A DNA stretch of 63,803 bases, the filler included, from Octopus bimaculoides (taxonomy: Eukaryota), in the NCBI RefSeq assembly GCF_001194135.2. It is 6 parts of 5 records of this genome, joined end to end, with 100 filler letters (N's around TTAATTAATTAA, not from the genome) between each part and the next. Parts side by side here need not be neighbours in the genome. Positions count along the whole stretch, not along the records: positions 20,565 to 45,944 come from NC_068999.1; 5 more parts are not named here. One strand, given 5' to 3'. A model generated the notes under the pieces. The model searched no databases, was not told the DNA's origin, and worked only from the letters and a program-made list of their open reading frames with translations. Position numbers and translations under genes: made by a program. Below, one piece after another: positions 23,830 to 35,727 of the stretch; the stretch's first letter is position 1; each line of letters starts with the position of its first letter.

Positions 23830-25190
23830 CTACAATGAAGGAGGACGAATCGCAAAGCCCTTCAGGTAGATGGCTCTGCTTGATCTGTAGAAAAGGTGTA
23901 GGTAGAAACTCATAAGATGTACCCTGTATAAGCTGTGGACACATAAGAGGTGCAGCAATATCAACGGAAGGTTAACTGGGAAGATAGTTTTTGTGTGTGG
24001 GCGATGTACAGGGGCAATAAACACCGAAAATGTACAGAAAACAGATTCCATCACATACCAGGGGGAAAAACTAGAAGTAATTGATAGCTCATGTTACCTA
24101 GGTGACCAAGTCAGTAGTGGAGGTGGATGCTCTGAGAGCATAGCTGCTAGAATAAGAATAGGCATGGATAAAGTTCAGAGAGATCCTACCTCTACTGGTT
24201 ACAAAGGACCTCTCACTGAAAGTGAAAGGTAGACTGTATGATGTCTGTGTGTGAACAACCATGCTACACGGCAGTTAAACATGGGCTGTAACTGCTGAGG
24301 ATATGCAGAGACTTGAATGAAATGAAGCTAGTATACTCCGCTGGATGTGTAATGTCAGTGTGCATGCACAACAGAGTGTAAGCATCTTGAGAGAAAAGTT
24401 GGACATGAGAAGCATCAGATGTGGTGTGCAAGAGAGACGACTGCGCTGGTAAGTCATGTAACGCATATGAATGAGGACAGCTGTGTGAAGAAGTGTCACA
24501 CCCTAAAGGTGGAGGGAACTTGTGGAAGAGGTAGACCCAAGAAGACATAGGATGAGGTGGTGAAGCACAACCTTCGAACGTTGAGTCTCACAGAGCCAAA
24601 AACAAACAATTGAGACCTTTGGATATATGCCATGTTTGAGAAGACCCGGCAAGCCAAGTGAGATCGTAGTCATGACTGATGCCAGTGTCGCATAACTGGC
24701 CCATTTAAAAGCACCTTCCAATCATCAGGCGATATGCTGTGTTTGTGAAGACCTGTTGAATCAAGTGAAATCGGTGCCGTGGCTGATGCCAGTGCCGCCT
24801 GACTAGCACCCATGCTTGTGACATATAAAAATCACCATTCAAGCATAGCCAATGTCAGTGCCGCCTGACTGGCACCTACGCTGGTGGCATTTAAGAAGCA
24901 CCATTCGAGCATGGCAAATGCCAGTGCCACCTGATTATCATCCGTGCTGGTGGTACGTAAAAAGTACCATTTGAACATGGCTGGTATCAGTGCCACCTGA
25001 CTGGCACCTTTGCTGGTGGCACGTAAAAAGCACCCACCATACTCACAGAGTGCTTGGTATTTGGAAGGGCTTTCAGCTGTAGAAACCTTGCCAAATCAGA
25101 CTGGTGCAGTTTACCAGTTCTCAGTCAAACCATCCAACTCATGCCAGCATGAAAAGCGGATGTTAAACAACAATGATGATGATGATGATA
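23830..25190 (+). mobile_element. RTE-clade LINE 3' part with tail
   Basis: EKLEVIDSSCYLGDQVSSGGGCSESIAARI, KGRLYDVCV...; ends in repeat tail and (GAT)n. Confidence 0.88.
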
Positions 25191-25204
25191 ACATACACAC
25201 GCAA

Positions 25205-26310
25205 AATTAAGGTTGTTCACAAGAGAGTCATACCCAACAACTGGTGTAGCTGTAGTCAACTGTTACAAAGGTAAAGGTGATGCCTTTGACAGAAATAATT
25301 ACAGAGGTATCAAATTGCTAGACCAAGTCATGAAAGTTACAGAGAGTTACATAGCTCAATAAATCAGGAAGAGAGTTAGCCTAGATGAGATGCAGTTCAG
25401 TTTCATGCCTAGGAGAAGCACTACTGACACTTTGTTCCTGGCAAGGCAACTGCAAGAGAAGCATTTAGTACTTGGCTTTTTTTTTTAAATGGAGAAAGCC
25501 TTTAACAGAGATCCCCACTCCCTCATCTGAAGGTCAATGCAGAAGCTAGGGATAGATGAGTGGTTGGTGTCAACTGTACAAGCCACGTACATAGAAGATG
25601 TCAGTAAGATAAAGGTTAGAAATGAATTTAGTGTACAAAGAGTCACTACCTGAACTAGAGAAGAAATTTCAGGTGTGGAAGCAAGGTCTGGAGCCAAAGG
25701 CCTTAGAATTAATTTAGCAAAGACCAAAGTCCTAGTAAGTAGGGAAACAGATAAATCACTAATCTTTCCAGAGAGATGGCCCTACACAATATCTACAAAA
25801 AGGTGTTGGTATAAACTCCATATGGTGTACCCAGTGCAAGCTATGGACATATTAGAGGTGCAGCAATGTCACAAGATGGTTAACAGAGAAAATAGTCTTT
25901 GTGTGTGTGGCAGATGTGCAGGTACAATAAGCACTAAGAGTTTATAGAGAACAGACTTCAACAAATTTCCAAGGGGCTCCTTTGATGTAGTAGATAGCTT
26001 CTTTTACCTAAGCATCCAAGTTAGCAGTGGAGGAGGAAGTTCTGAAAGTGTAATTGCTAGAATAATAATGGACTAGGCAAAGTTCAGAGAGCTATTACCT
26101 TTGTTAGCAACAAAGGACTTCTCCCTCAGAGTAAAAGATTGTATGATGTCTGTGTCTGTGTACGTACAGCTATGCTGCATGACAGTGAAACATAGGCTAC
26201 GACTACAGAGGACATGTGAAGGCTTGAAAGGAATGAAGCCAGCATGCTCCACCAGATAGGTAATGATAGTGTGCATGTAAGACAGCAAATGATTTAAGAG
26301 AAAAATTGAA
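25205..26310 (+). mobile_element. RTE-clade LINE RT fragment
   Basis: NYRGIKLLDQVMKV, FMPRRSTTD, EKAF, GLRINLAKTKVL; frameshifted. Confidence 0.85.
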
Positions 26311-26730
26311 TATATATATATATATGTGTGTGTCTTTGTGTCTGTGTTTGTCCCCTACCACTGTTTGACAACTGGTGTTGGTGTGTTAACATCCCCATAA
26401 CTTAGTGGTTTGGCAAAGTACCAGGCTTAAAAGAAAAAAGTACTGGGATCAATTCATTTAACTGAAATTCTTCAAGGCAGTGCTCTAGCATGGCTGTATA
26501 TACATATATATGATCACACATGAATTAGCATCTATTAGTGTTGAGGATATATAACTGATAAGGGCACAATAATGCCATTAATAAAAAGGACAACATGCTG
26601 TAGTGATAAATGCATAGGTATTGATGATGCATGCAGGATAATTAACGTTATTAGCTAGTACTGAGGTTATAGTTAGTAACCTCAGAAAACTTGTGAGGGA
26701 TGAAATGCATGAAGTTATGTTGTGTTTTAG

Positions 26731-26781
26731 ACCCTTGTTACTCATACCAATATAGGAAAATCTATATTAAAGAGGACGATG
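26731..26781 (+). CDS. Ly6/three-finger-like GPI protein, exon 3
   Basis: Acceptor tgtgttttag|, 51 nt, phase 1-1, (D)PCYSYQYRKIYIKEDD, donor ATG|GTCAGA (suboptimal). Confidence 0.7.
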
Positions 26782-27232
26782 GTCAGAACTGTTCAGAGCT
26801 ATTTATATCATTCTGTTCATTCTATCATAAGTAGACATATATTAAATGTAATAGACTTCAATTTATTTTATAAAAATACACTATATTAAAGAAACTCTTA
26901 AAATCAATTGTACACTAATTTTTAGAGGGTGGGAATGTATGAAATAGTTCAATTTTTTGTGAAGAGAAAGTATTATGTTGATTCTTATTATAGCCATCTA
27001 GCCTCTCATATTCTGGAGGTGAGAAATAGTTGACAGATTTATTGTATTAGACCAAGAAGTATAAAAAACACATATGATCTCAGCATAAAGGAATATATGT
27101 AAAAACTGTAAGATATTTTGTCTAATGGTCCATCAATTCTGCCATTAACTACTTTTGAATACTTAGAATTTTGATATATTTAGCTAATTATTTCTGCAAT
27201 AAATTCACCATTTTCCATTTCTCTTTGTATAG

Positions 27233-27301
27233 CTTATAATACAGCCCAGAGGACATGCTATTCTCAAAGATCTTATCTCAGTCTAATCCGCAGAATTAAA
27301 G
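27233..27301 (+). CDS. Ly6/three-finger-like GPI protein, exon 4
   Basis: Acceptor ttttccatttctctttgtatag|, 69 nt, phase 1-1, (A)YNTAQRTCYSQRSYLSLIRRIK, strong donor AAG|GTAAGC. Confidence 0.85.
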
Positions 27302-27779
27302 GTAAGCTTTTATTAATCCAAAAAATATTTTTTATATTATTTCATATTTCATTTAACACTGAAGTTTTGCTTTTATTATACTGCTAAATATCAACAATCA
27401 TGCCTATCATTTCCACTGCTTTTACAGATAAAATTCAATACAAAGAAAATAACTTGTTAATTGATACTCACTGAACCTCTCCTGTTTTTTTTTTAACAAC
27501 TTGTTTTGGATTTCTTTTTCAAATAGAAAAATGCATGTCTTCCTTAATTGTTATTTGTATTATTTGTATTTAATGAAGATAAAGCAAGAATGGAGCCAAA
27601 TAGTATTTGGTTAAGTTTGTATATGAAAACACTATGTATATATTTTTGTTAGATTAGAATATATATATATGTGTGGATCAAAACTGGTTGATTCAAATTC
27701 GTTGGTACTCCGAGTGTTCTAAGTGTGATGATAATTTTCAGCCATTTTGAATTTGAATGAAAGAAGTTGATTGTTATTA

Positions 27780-30420
27780 CCATAAGGTGGACTGCAATTG
27801 GTTAAGGAAGGTCACATGGTGTCGTGGTTTTGATGTTGGTGAACAGGAAATCGGTCAGGTTGTTGGAGGGGAGGTAGGAAGGGGCAGTATGCGCAAGTAT
27901 ATAGTTGTATATGTGGGTGTGTAGATGTACTCATATGGTTTTGCATGCATGTCTGCATTGATGCAAGTGTGCACAGCTGTACATGGGTGCATATTCTCAC
28001 ACACACACACATATATATGTACATGAACAGACGTGCACACATGCATATTAGTGAGCGCATAACAAGCATTGGGGGTTGGTAAGCATTGGGGATTGATAAG
28101 CATTGAGGATTGGTAATTGGCGGTCCTGTTCATGGGGTTGGTTGGTGATGGTGACCTTGGTGCAGAGTAGCAGCTGGTACTAAGGTGGTATATCCAGGTT
28201 GTCAGCAGTCAGAGGCTTGAAATTTGCCAGAAGGGCATACCGCTGGTTACAGCAATAAGATAAATCATATTTCTTATTGATGGATACTGCAGGTTGTTGG
28301 AGGACATGCAGTTTTACGTGGAGGCAGAGTTGGCAGTTGGGGGCACTGAGAGAATATGGTGGCGCTCTGTCAACAATAGTTCGCTTGATGCTGGGTGTTT
28401 CATCTCAGAGGTCACAGAGTCTCCAGAGAACATGAGACAGGGAAGTAGAGTTCTCTCTGTCCTGTACAGGAAGCCTAATGAGGAAACACTATACATCCAC
28501 AAGCTCAATTAAAAACCTGGTTCCAGGCATTAGAAACGACTATCTAATCTCTCAGCCAATAGAGATATCTTTAACAAGGCTGACCCCCACTACAACAATG
28601 TTTTGGCTAGGAGTGGGATTACTGAGAAGCTCACTTATGTGGACAACCCCCAAACACCCTCTCCTCACCCCAAAAAGATTAGGAAAAGGAAAATGATATG
28701 GTATAACATCTCTTTCAACCCAAATATTTCCACCAATGTAGCTTCCTGTCATTAATTAAGAAACACTTCCCCAGAGGCCACTAGTATTACAAACTCTTCA
28801 ACTCCCATAATATCAAGGTGAGCTACTCCTGCTTAGACAACATTGTATCCAACATCGCATGCATCAACAGACGTAAAAATACACTCGCACCACCCCAACC
28901 CCAACCTGCCGAAACCCCACCATGTGCCCTCTAGAAGGATCCTGCCTCTCAGGGGCTGTGATATACAGAGCCACCCTTACACCATCCGATGGCATTACAA
29001 GGCACTATACAGGTATGACAGCCAATGACTTCAAAGGAAGATAGTCCAGCATATGCACTCATTCAGATCCAGGGATAGAGAGAACTCTACCACTCTGTCT
29101 CATTTTCTCTGGAGACACTGTGACCTCCGAGATGTAACACCCAGCATCAAGGGTATTAGTTGAACAAATCAACCCCCAGGACTTTTTTTTAAGCCGTGTA
29201 CTTATTCTATCACACTCTTTTGCCGAACTGCTAAGTTATGGGGACATAAACACATCAGTACTAGTTGTCAAGTAGTGATGGGGGACAAACATAGACACAA
29301 GACACACACATAGATATACACACACACATTCATATATATATATTGTTCAAAACAGTTTAATTCTGATTCCTTACTACTTAAAGATTCAAAGCCCCTAAGG
29401 CGGGGGGGGGGGGGGGGGGGGGGGCTTTCCTCAGGCAAGTGGAAATCAGAATAAATGGGGAGGGGCAGGAAGTCCAAGATGGCTGCTGGCAGATGGGCTG
29501 CAATTGGTCAAGAAAGGTCACATGATGTCACAGTATTAGTAAGCAAGCGACAACAGATACTTGAGAAAAATGGGAGTTTGGCCATGGTAGGACAGGAAAT
29601 TAGTGGCATCTGGGTGTAGGGTCAAAGGGGCATGTGGGCATATGTGCAAATAGAAGGGGTGTGGATTTGTGTGTGGCCTGGCATGGTTGATGTGGTGCTT
29701 GTGCATTCTGTGTGAATGCAAACATATATATATATATATATATATATATACATGCACATTCACATTCATACACATGCATGCACCCACACACATGAATACA
29801 GAGACATATGTACTCGCATACATACATATATATAAAAATGTGTGTGTGGCCATGTAAGGGGGTGGGCATGCACATGGATGCTTCTGTGTCCATATGTGGT
29901 TACTATTGCATGTGTGCCCCATATATAGGGGCTGCACATGCAACAGCAAGCACATGAACACACACACAAGCGTCCATGTGCACACACACCACCCCTACAT
30001 ACGCTTGCATACACACATGTGTACATATATATATGTGCATGCACATACATACAAATGCACAAACATATACTTTTGTGTACACATACACAGTATGCATAAA
30101 CACCCTGTCAACCATGCCAGCCCACCCACAAATCTACACCCCTTGTATATGCACATACACGAGTATACATGTATACACACATGTGCACGCACATACACAA
30201 GTATACATATACTTGCACATCCGTACAACCACATATTTACATCCACAGACATACACATGCATACACAGATGCACATACGTGCACACAACCTCTCACATAT
30301 TGCTTACCAATACTGTGTCATCACGTGACCTTCCTTGACCAATCACAGCCCATCTACCAGCAGCCATCTTAGACTTCTTATACCTCCCTATTTATTCAGA
30401 TTTCCACCAGCATAAGGTCC
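27780..30420. mobile_element. Composite Penelope-like locus with segments in alternating orientation
   Basis: Minus GIY-YIG tail 28200-28473 (PPYSLSAPNCQLCLH...INKKY); plus RT-thumb/EN piece 28474-29150 (YRKPNEETLYIH, KMIWYN, IKVSYSCL); 28390-28473 is the inverse of 29072-29150; SINE at 29170-29340; inverted CA-rich tails. Confidence 0.75.
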
Positions 30421-30549
30421 TGATTAGAGACTTTGAAACTTTAAATAGCATGGAATTGGAATCAAATTGTTTTGTACAATACATGTAGCTCCCAATAAAT
30501 GTGTTGAGTGCCCTTTCTTTATCCACTTACATGTATATATATATATATA

Positions 30550-31671
30550 TGTAGTGAAACTACCTATCGTCACTAGATACAAAACTGCTATCTCCATTCT
30601 TCTCATTTAAATATAAACAAACGCGAACGTAGGGGAAAACACCAGCCTTGTCATCACGTGACTGATTATTATTTGAAGCGGAAAATTCTTCGAACCTTTC
30701 CCGCCAGAACGCAAACTGACCAATCACAGCCCTTAATAAGGTCACGTGATAGTGTTTTTGTGCTACCGTCTGGGAACCCCCTTAACGCTATAAATAGATC
30801 AACTCATACCCACCANNNNNNNNNNNNNNNNNNNNNNNNNNNNNNNNNNNNNNNNNNNNNNNNNNNNNNNNNNNNNNNNNNNNNNNNNNNNNNNNNNNNN
30901 NNNNNNNNNNNNNNNNNNNNNNNNNNNNNNNNNNNNNNNNNNNNNNNNNNNNNNNNNNNNNNNNNNNNNNNNNNNNATGACCACCGCCGTCGCCATATCA
31001 GCAACACGTTTCTATGACTACTACCAAGCAGCAGCCTCTTCACCACCAGCGTCTACACGACTTTCTATGTACACCAATCCAAACCACCGCGGCACTTCTC
31101 TCTCTTCGATTCTGTTAGGTGACTCAGTTTCACCATGATAAATAAACAGACAAGAATTTCAGCCAGCGACGAACATCTGTATAACAAGAATCACGGCCCG
31201 GCATCGATGCCACGACATCACAAATAGTGATCAGCTCTGCCACACTCAGCCTCCCCTCACTTCATATACAGACTCATACTATTGGGTACACAAGAACTGG
31301 TATAAAATTGCTCACGTGTTATTGACTCTTTTTCTATCTGCTGTAACATTTCACATACATGTATCACTCACATACATACTTTTCTTTGTATGACGGCCTG
31401 TCTTTGATTATGTACTTATATGTCGCATTCACACTCTCACACAGACATACATCTTTAACGCTACAATAAATATTTCTGTTATTCATCTAATACGGTTGTG
31501 GTCTTTCATTACTGGTCACATATGTTATCGTAGTATAACATATCATGTATATCATCATTCGATATATAATATTGTGTGTTCGACCGTGTGACGCGTTTAA
31601 ATAAAAGGAGTCCTCTGTTTTTCCATTCGTCACCATTTCTCCTTTTTGAGTTCGCACGGTCGTCCCTTACA
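30550..31671. mobile_element. Probable solo LTR in a (TA)n run
   Basis: Termini TGTAG...TTACA flanked on both sides by TATATA; internal TATAAAA, AATAAA, CCAAT and CACGTG motifs; contains a gap. Confidence 0.6.
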
Positions 31672-31684
31672 TATATATATATAT

Positions 31685-31810
31685 GACAGGCTTCTTTCAG
31701 TTTCTATCTACCAAAGCTACTCACAAGGCTTTGGTTGGCCCAAGGCTATAGTAGAAAGCACATACTCAAGGTGTCACGCAGTGGGATTGAACCCACAACT
31801 GCACCTATAA
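31685..31810 (-). mobile_element. Bipartite SINE head
   Basis: Reverse complement of the 20289-20443 sequence. Confidence 0.75.
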
Positions 31811-32999
31811 ATATATGAATCATCTAATTTAATCTAATCTAATCTAAGTTGAATTAGCTTCTTTTCAACCGTAAAGAAATTAATTATTAACATTGGTAGC
31901 GTTTTTTATCTGAAAATCTTTTTCACACTTCCTGTGACCTCTTTAGCAACTCTCCATCCCACATGTCTCCTCCTGTTCTTTTTTTCCCCCTTTTTTTAAT
32001 ATTATAAAGACATTTAGAATGAGGCAATGCTTCATTCACCAATATTTAATATTATGCAGTTGATGTTGCATGAACTGTATGCTACAGGTTTTGTTGACAA
32101 CTGATTACAATGTTTTTTTTTCTAAATTTTTAATCTTTTGTACTTTCTGTGTATACCAAGTTTTATTCATTCTATTTTCTGATTTACATTAATTGTCCTG
32201 TTTCTACAATTATGCATATCCTTTTATTTAATAGCTGTGGACCCCACTGAACTGATTGTTCTTTAAACATTAGGCAGAGCCATGTTGAGAAAACTTTAAA
32301 ATGGGGTTTAAATCTATGAGCTCTGGCTTCTTAGATTCATTGGTTAGTTGGTCAGTTGATCAATCGAGGAAGACATTGGATTTGTTGTTCACTCATAACT
32401 TCTCTCTCTAATTTTGTTTTATTCTCTCATCTGCATGGTGAGCTTGTGCAGGAGTATTCTGCTTGTGTAGCAGTAGAAGTCATGAAGTTTCCAACTGTCA
32501 TTTGTAGCTTGTTTCCAGGTTCACATACTTATAGCTTGGTGTTCAATAGTTGATTTTCTTTTTATATTTAAGTGTTTTTGCAGTTTGTGATTAGTTTTGC
32601 ATTTTGTTTTATCTTTTTATGAGAGTCTTGGTGTGCTCATCTTTTCTATTGTTGTGCATTTGATTTATATAGTATAATTTGTATATGATTTGTGTATGTA
32701 TAATGTTTATAATGTCTGATGTTATTATTGTATTGTATTAATACTTACATTCTGATTTTCTGTATGAATGCTTAATTCATAAAAACCAACTTATTCTCTC
32801 AGTTGAATTACTCTCAAAGCAAGGAAACATTATAACTTGTCGGAGTTTGTTCCAATATATGTGTATGCATGTATGCATAAACACATTCTTTCCTTGTTTT
32901 CAGATTTTTATTTTCTCCTTTAATTAGGTGTTCTCAATAATGCTGTTATAGTCTTTATAGTTGATATTTGATGAAGTTTGATACTATTGTTTACATATG

Positions 33000-34100
33000 T
33001 GCCACCTAGAGTGATATAAATTTATCTGATATTCTGACATCTTTTCCATAGATATTTCCTATGCTTTTTGATGAGAGGAAACAGTTGAAGCCCTTTTGAG
33101 CATAAGACTTTTGCAATATCTAGTTCTAATTCTGGAATTATAGGACAATATTTGGCACAGAACAGTAGGGTCCACTTGGGACAGTTGCATAACTTTTCTA
33201 TGTCACACATGGCCAATATCCTTCCAAGCTCTTTTAAGTATTATTGTCTGGTATTATTTTCTGTTTCTTTCTTTTACACAACTATAAATAGAGTCTTAAA
33301 GTACCAGTCATTCCCTGTAGTTTGGTTAGTACATAGAATTAATCTTTGTTGTATAAGTTATGGACTTGGTATGAAATTGCTCTTTTGTTCTAAATGCTAT
33401 CAGGATCCAGCTAGTTAGTTATCTACACATTTCTGCTGGTTTTAAAGTAATAAGAAAATGATATGGTGCATCATTACTCATAATTTCGAAATTTGGCAAA
33501 AATTCTAACTGAGATTTCAATCTCTACTGAACCTAGTGTATCTAGTCTGCAATGTGTCAGAGGGTTAATAGCAAAGCACTTGAAACTTTTCAACATTAAA
33601 TTACATGCTTTTTTTGTTCAACTCTCCTATTTATGTCATTCTGGCATCATGGGACTCTTAAATGTCTTTGAAATTTATTGTATCAGTAACATAGCTATTT
33701 AAGATAGATGTACTGTTATCTGAATTTGTAAGATATTTTACAAATTGTAATGGATCCAAAACACGTCTTTAGGACATGTTACACTGGATTGCTGTTATTT
33801 TGAAAAGTAATCATAGATCATGACAACTTCATTTCTGTCTTTTAGAATATTGTGTACAACTACTCTCCTAATTTTACATTTCGGCTGGGGTCATTTAGTT
33901 TCTAGCATATTATCTTATAATCAATTTTGATGAAGCCTTTGTGAAGTCCAGAAATACCACATCTACATTTGACTAGTTAAGTAGCTGCTTTAATATTCAG
34001 TGCAAGGATACTACAGCTATGTATGGCAGTTTCTAACTGAACAGAAATTGAGTTGAGTGCCACTTTACAAATCATTAAATTATTCTCCTCTATGAATTAG
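33000..34100 (-). mobile_element. Heavily decayed CR1-type LINE RT/3' remnant
   Basis: Minus strand NVDVVFLDFTKA at about 33940-33970 and GLQLFPLIK at about 33070-33100. Confidence 0.6.
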
Positions 34101-34472
34101 TAATTTTTAGTATTTACACTTTCTTCTTCCATTAAAGAAAACACACACACACACACTTTTTTTTCTTTGACAGCTTATTATTCACAGGAAACTTGGGCCA
34201 CTTTCTTTTGCAAAGTTCTGATATCAATAAAGTCAACTGGTTCTGTCATTTACATGCTATTCGCAGTATAAAGGAAAAAACTTAGTCATTCAGTACTTCG
34301 CTTGCCTTCCTACGAGATGTACTAAGCAACCTATTTCTGTCAGACAATGGCCTCAGTATCAATTCATTTTGTGGAAAATTTTATTTCATTTTAAATTTCC
34401 ATGTGATTTTTTTTTTTTAATGTTTTACTTTTCCTTATAGAGAGATATATATTTAATTTATTTGAGATATTT

Positions 34473-35222
34473 TAAATCTCTGAACGAGGTATAAACAGTA
34501 ACTGCACAACAATGTGAAGTATATTTGCCACTTAAATGCGGCTAAACCCTAAGGGTGAATGCTACTGTTGCTTTTAGCCCCAGGAGAACATCTCCTCCAG
34601 CTGGCTATTGACACACTTTCTGTGCCCTGTTGATATTTGCAAAGGGAAGTCATCCTTCCCATCGTCAATCTGACGTGATACGCATGGACCCGGGTTTCTG
34701 GGTATTTACCCTTCGTCAGCGTATGACAATCACTGATCTTCCATGTGAAGGGCTCCCAATGCAAATACATATATCCTTTTTCCAGTGAAGAAAATTCACT
34801 GATCTCGAAAAAGTGTAAACAAGCAATAATAAATCTCTGAACGAGGTATAAACAGTAACTGTGCGACAACATGAAGTATATTTGCCACTTAAATGTGGCT
34901 AACCACTAAGGGTGAATGCTGCTGTAGCTTGTAGCCCCAGGAGAACATCTCCTCCAGCTGGCTATTGACATACTTTCTGTGGGAGCCCTTCGCATCGAAA
35001 ATCGGTGATTGTCATACGCTGATGAAGGGTAAATACCCAGAAGCTCGAGTACGTGCGTATCACATCAGATCGACGATGGGAAGGATGACTTCCCTTTGCA
35101 AATATCGACAGGACACAGAAAGTGTGTCAATAGCCAGCTGGAGGAGATGTTCTCCTGGAGCTAAAAGCATTCACCCTTAAGGTTTAGCCGCATTTAAGTG
35201 GCGAATATATTTCACGTTGTTG
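34473..35222. repeat. Direct plus inverted repeat cassette of an unidentified family
   Basis: 34473-34758 forward; 34830-34980 partial direct copy; 34980-35222 inverted copy. Confidence 0.9.
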
Positions 35223-35727
35223 AGATATTTTGTTCTTCAGCAATCTTTAGAGATATTTTTATGAACTCTGCTCTCATTTAATAGGTAAAGAATTATACCT
35301 ATGTTATTAAGTTGTAAAGAACTTCTAATATTCAATAATAGTGATATGTGGAATAACAAGTTTAGGTTTCTATGTTTATTTGTAGTAGCTAAGGATGTTT
35401 TTGTGAATAGTCACACCAACTGTTGTCTTATTCGTTGTGCTTTCTTTTCTTTTTCTACCAGTTTACCTTTGATGGAAGCAATTTATCTGCTTTAAATCCT
35501 TTTCAGTTGGGTGTATTTACTTTTTGAAACATGTTTAGCAGCAGTTCATTTCCCTTTTTCCATGTTTGTAAGTGCCTTTTAAATTATATCTACAGTTGGT
35601 TTGACTTCTAACATTTTTGCTGTGTACTTTAGGTTTGAGTCTGTATGTGTGAATGGGTGCATGTGAAAAAATACACACATGCATATATAGTATCTGTTTT
35701 TAAGTTTATTTATTCTTTTACTTTTAG

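Noticed and set aside
23739-23870. Alternative exon AIGIAECSSRCKINSNF... for the Ly6-like gene
   Set aside because: Acceptor is plausible, but there is no phase-1 donor; phase-2 donors give a stop in exon 3.
26572-26617. MPLIKRTTCCSDKCI with phase-1 donor just before exon 3
   Set aside because: No acceptable acceptor, and it would break the 8-Cys pattern; probably chance.
29402-29424. G23 homopolymer as a G-quadruplex element
   Set aside because: Long poly-G runs are commonly sequencing or assembly artefacts; cannot be supported without reads.
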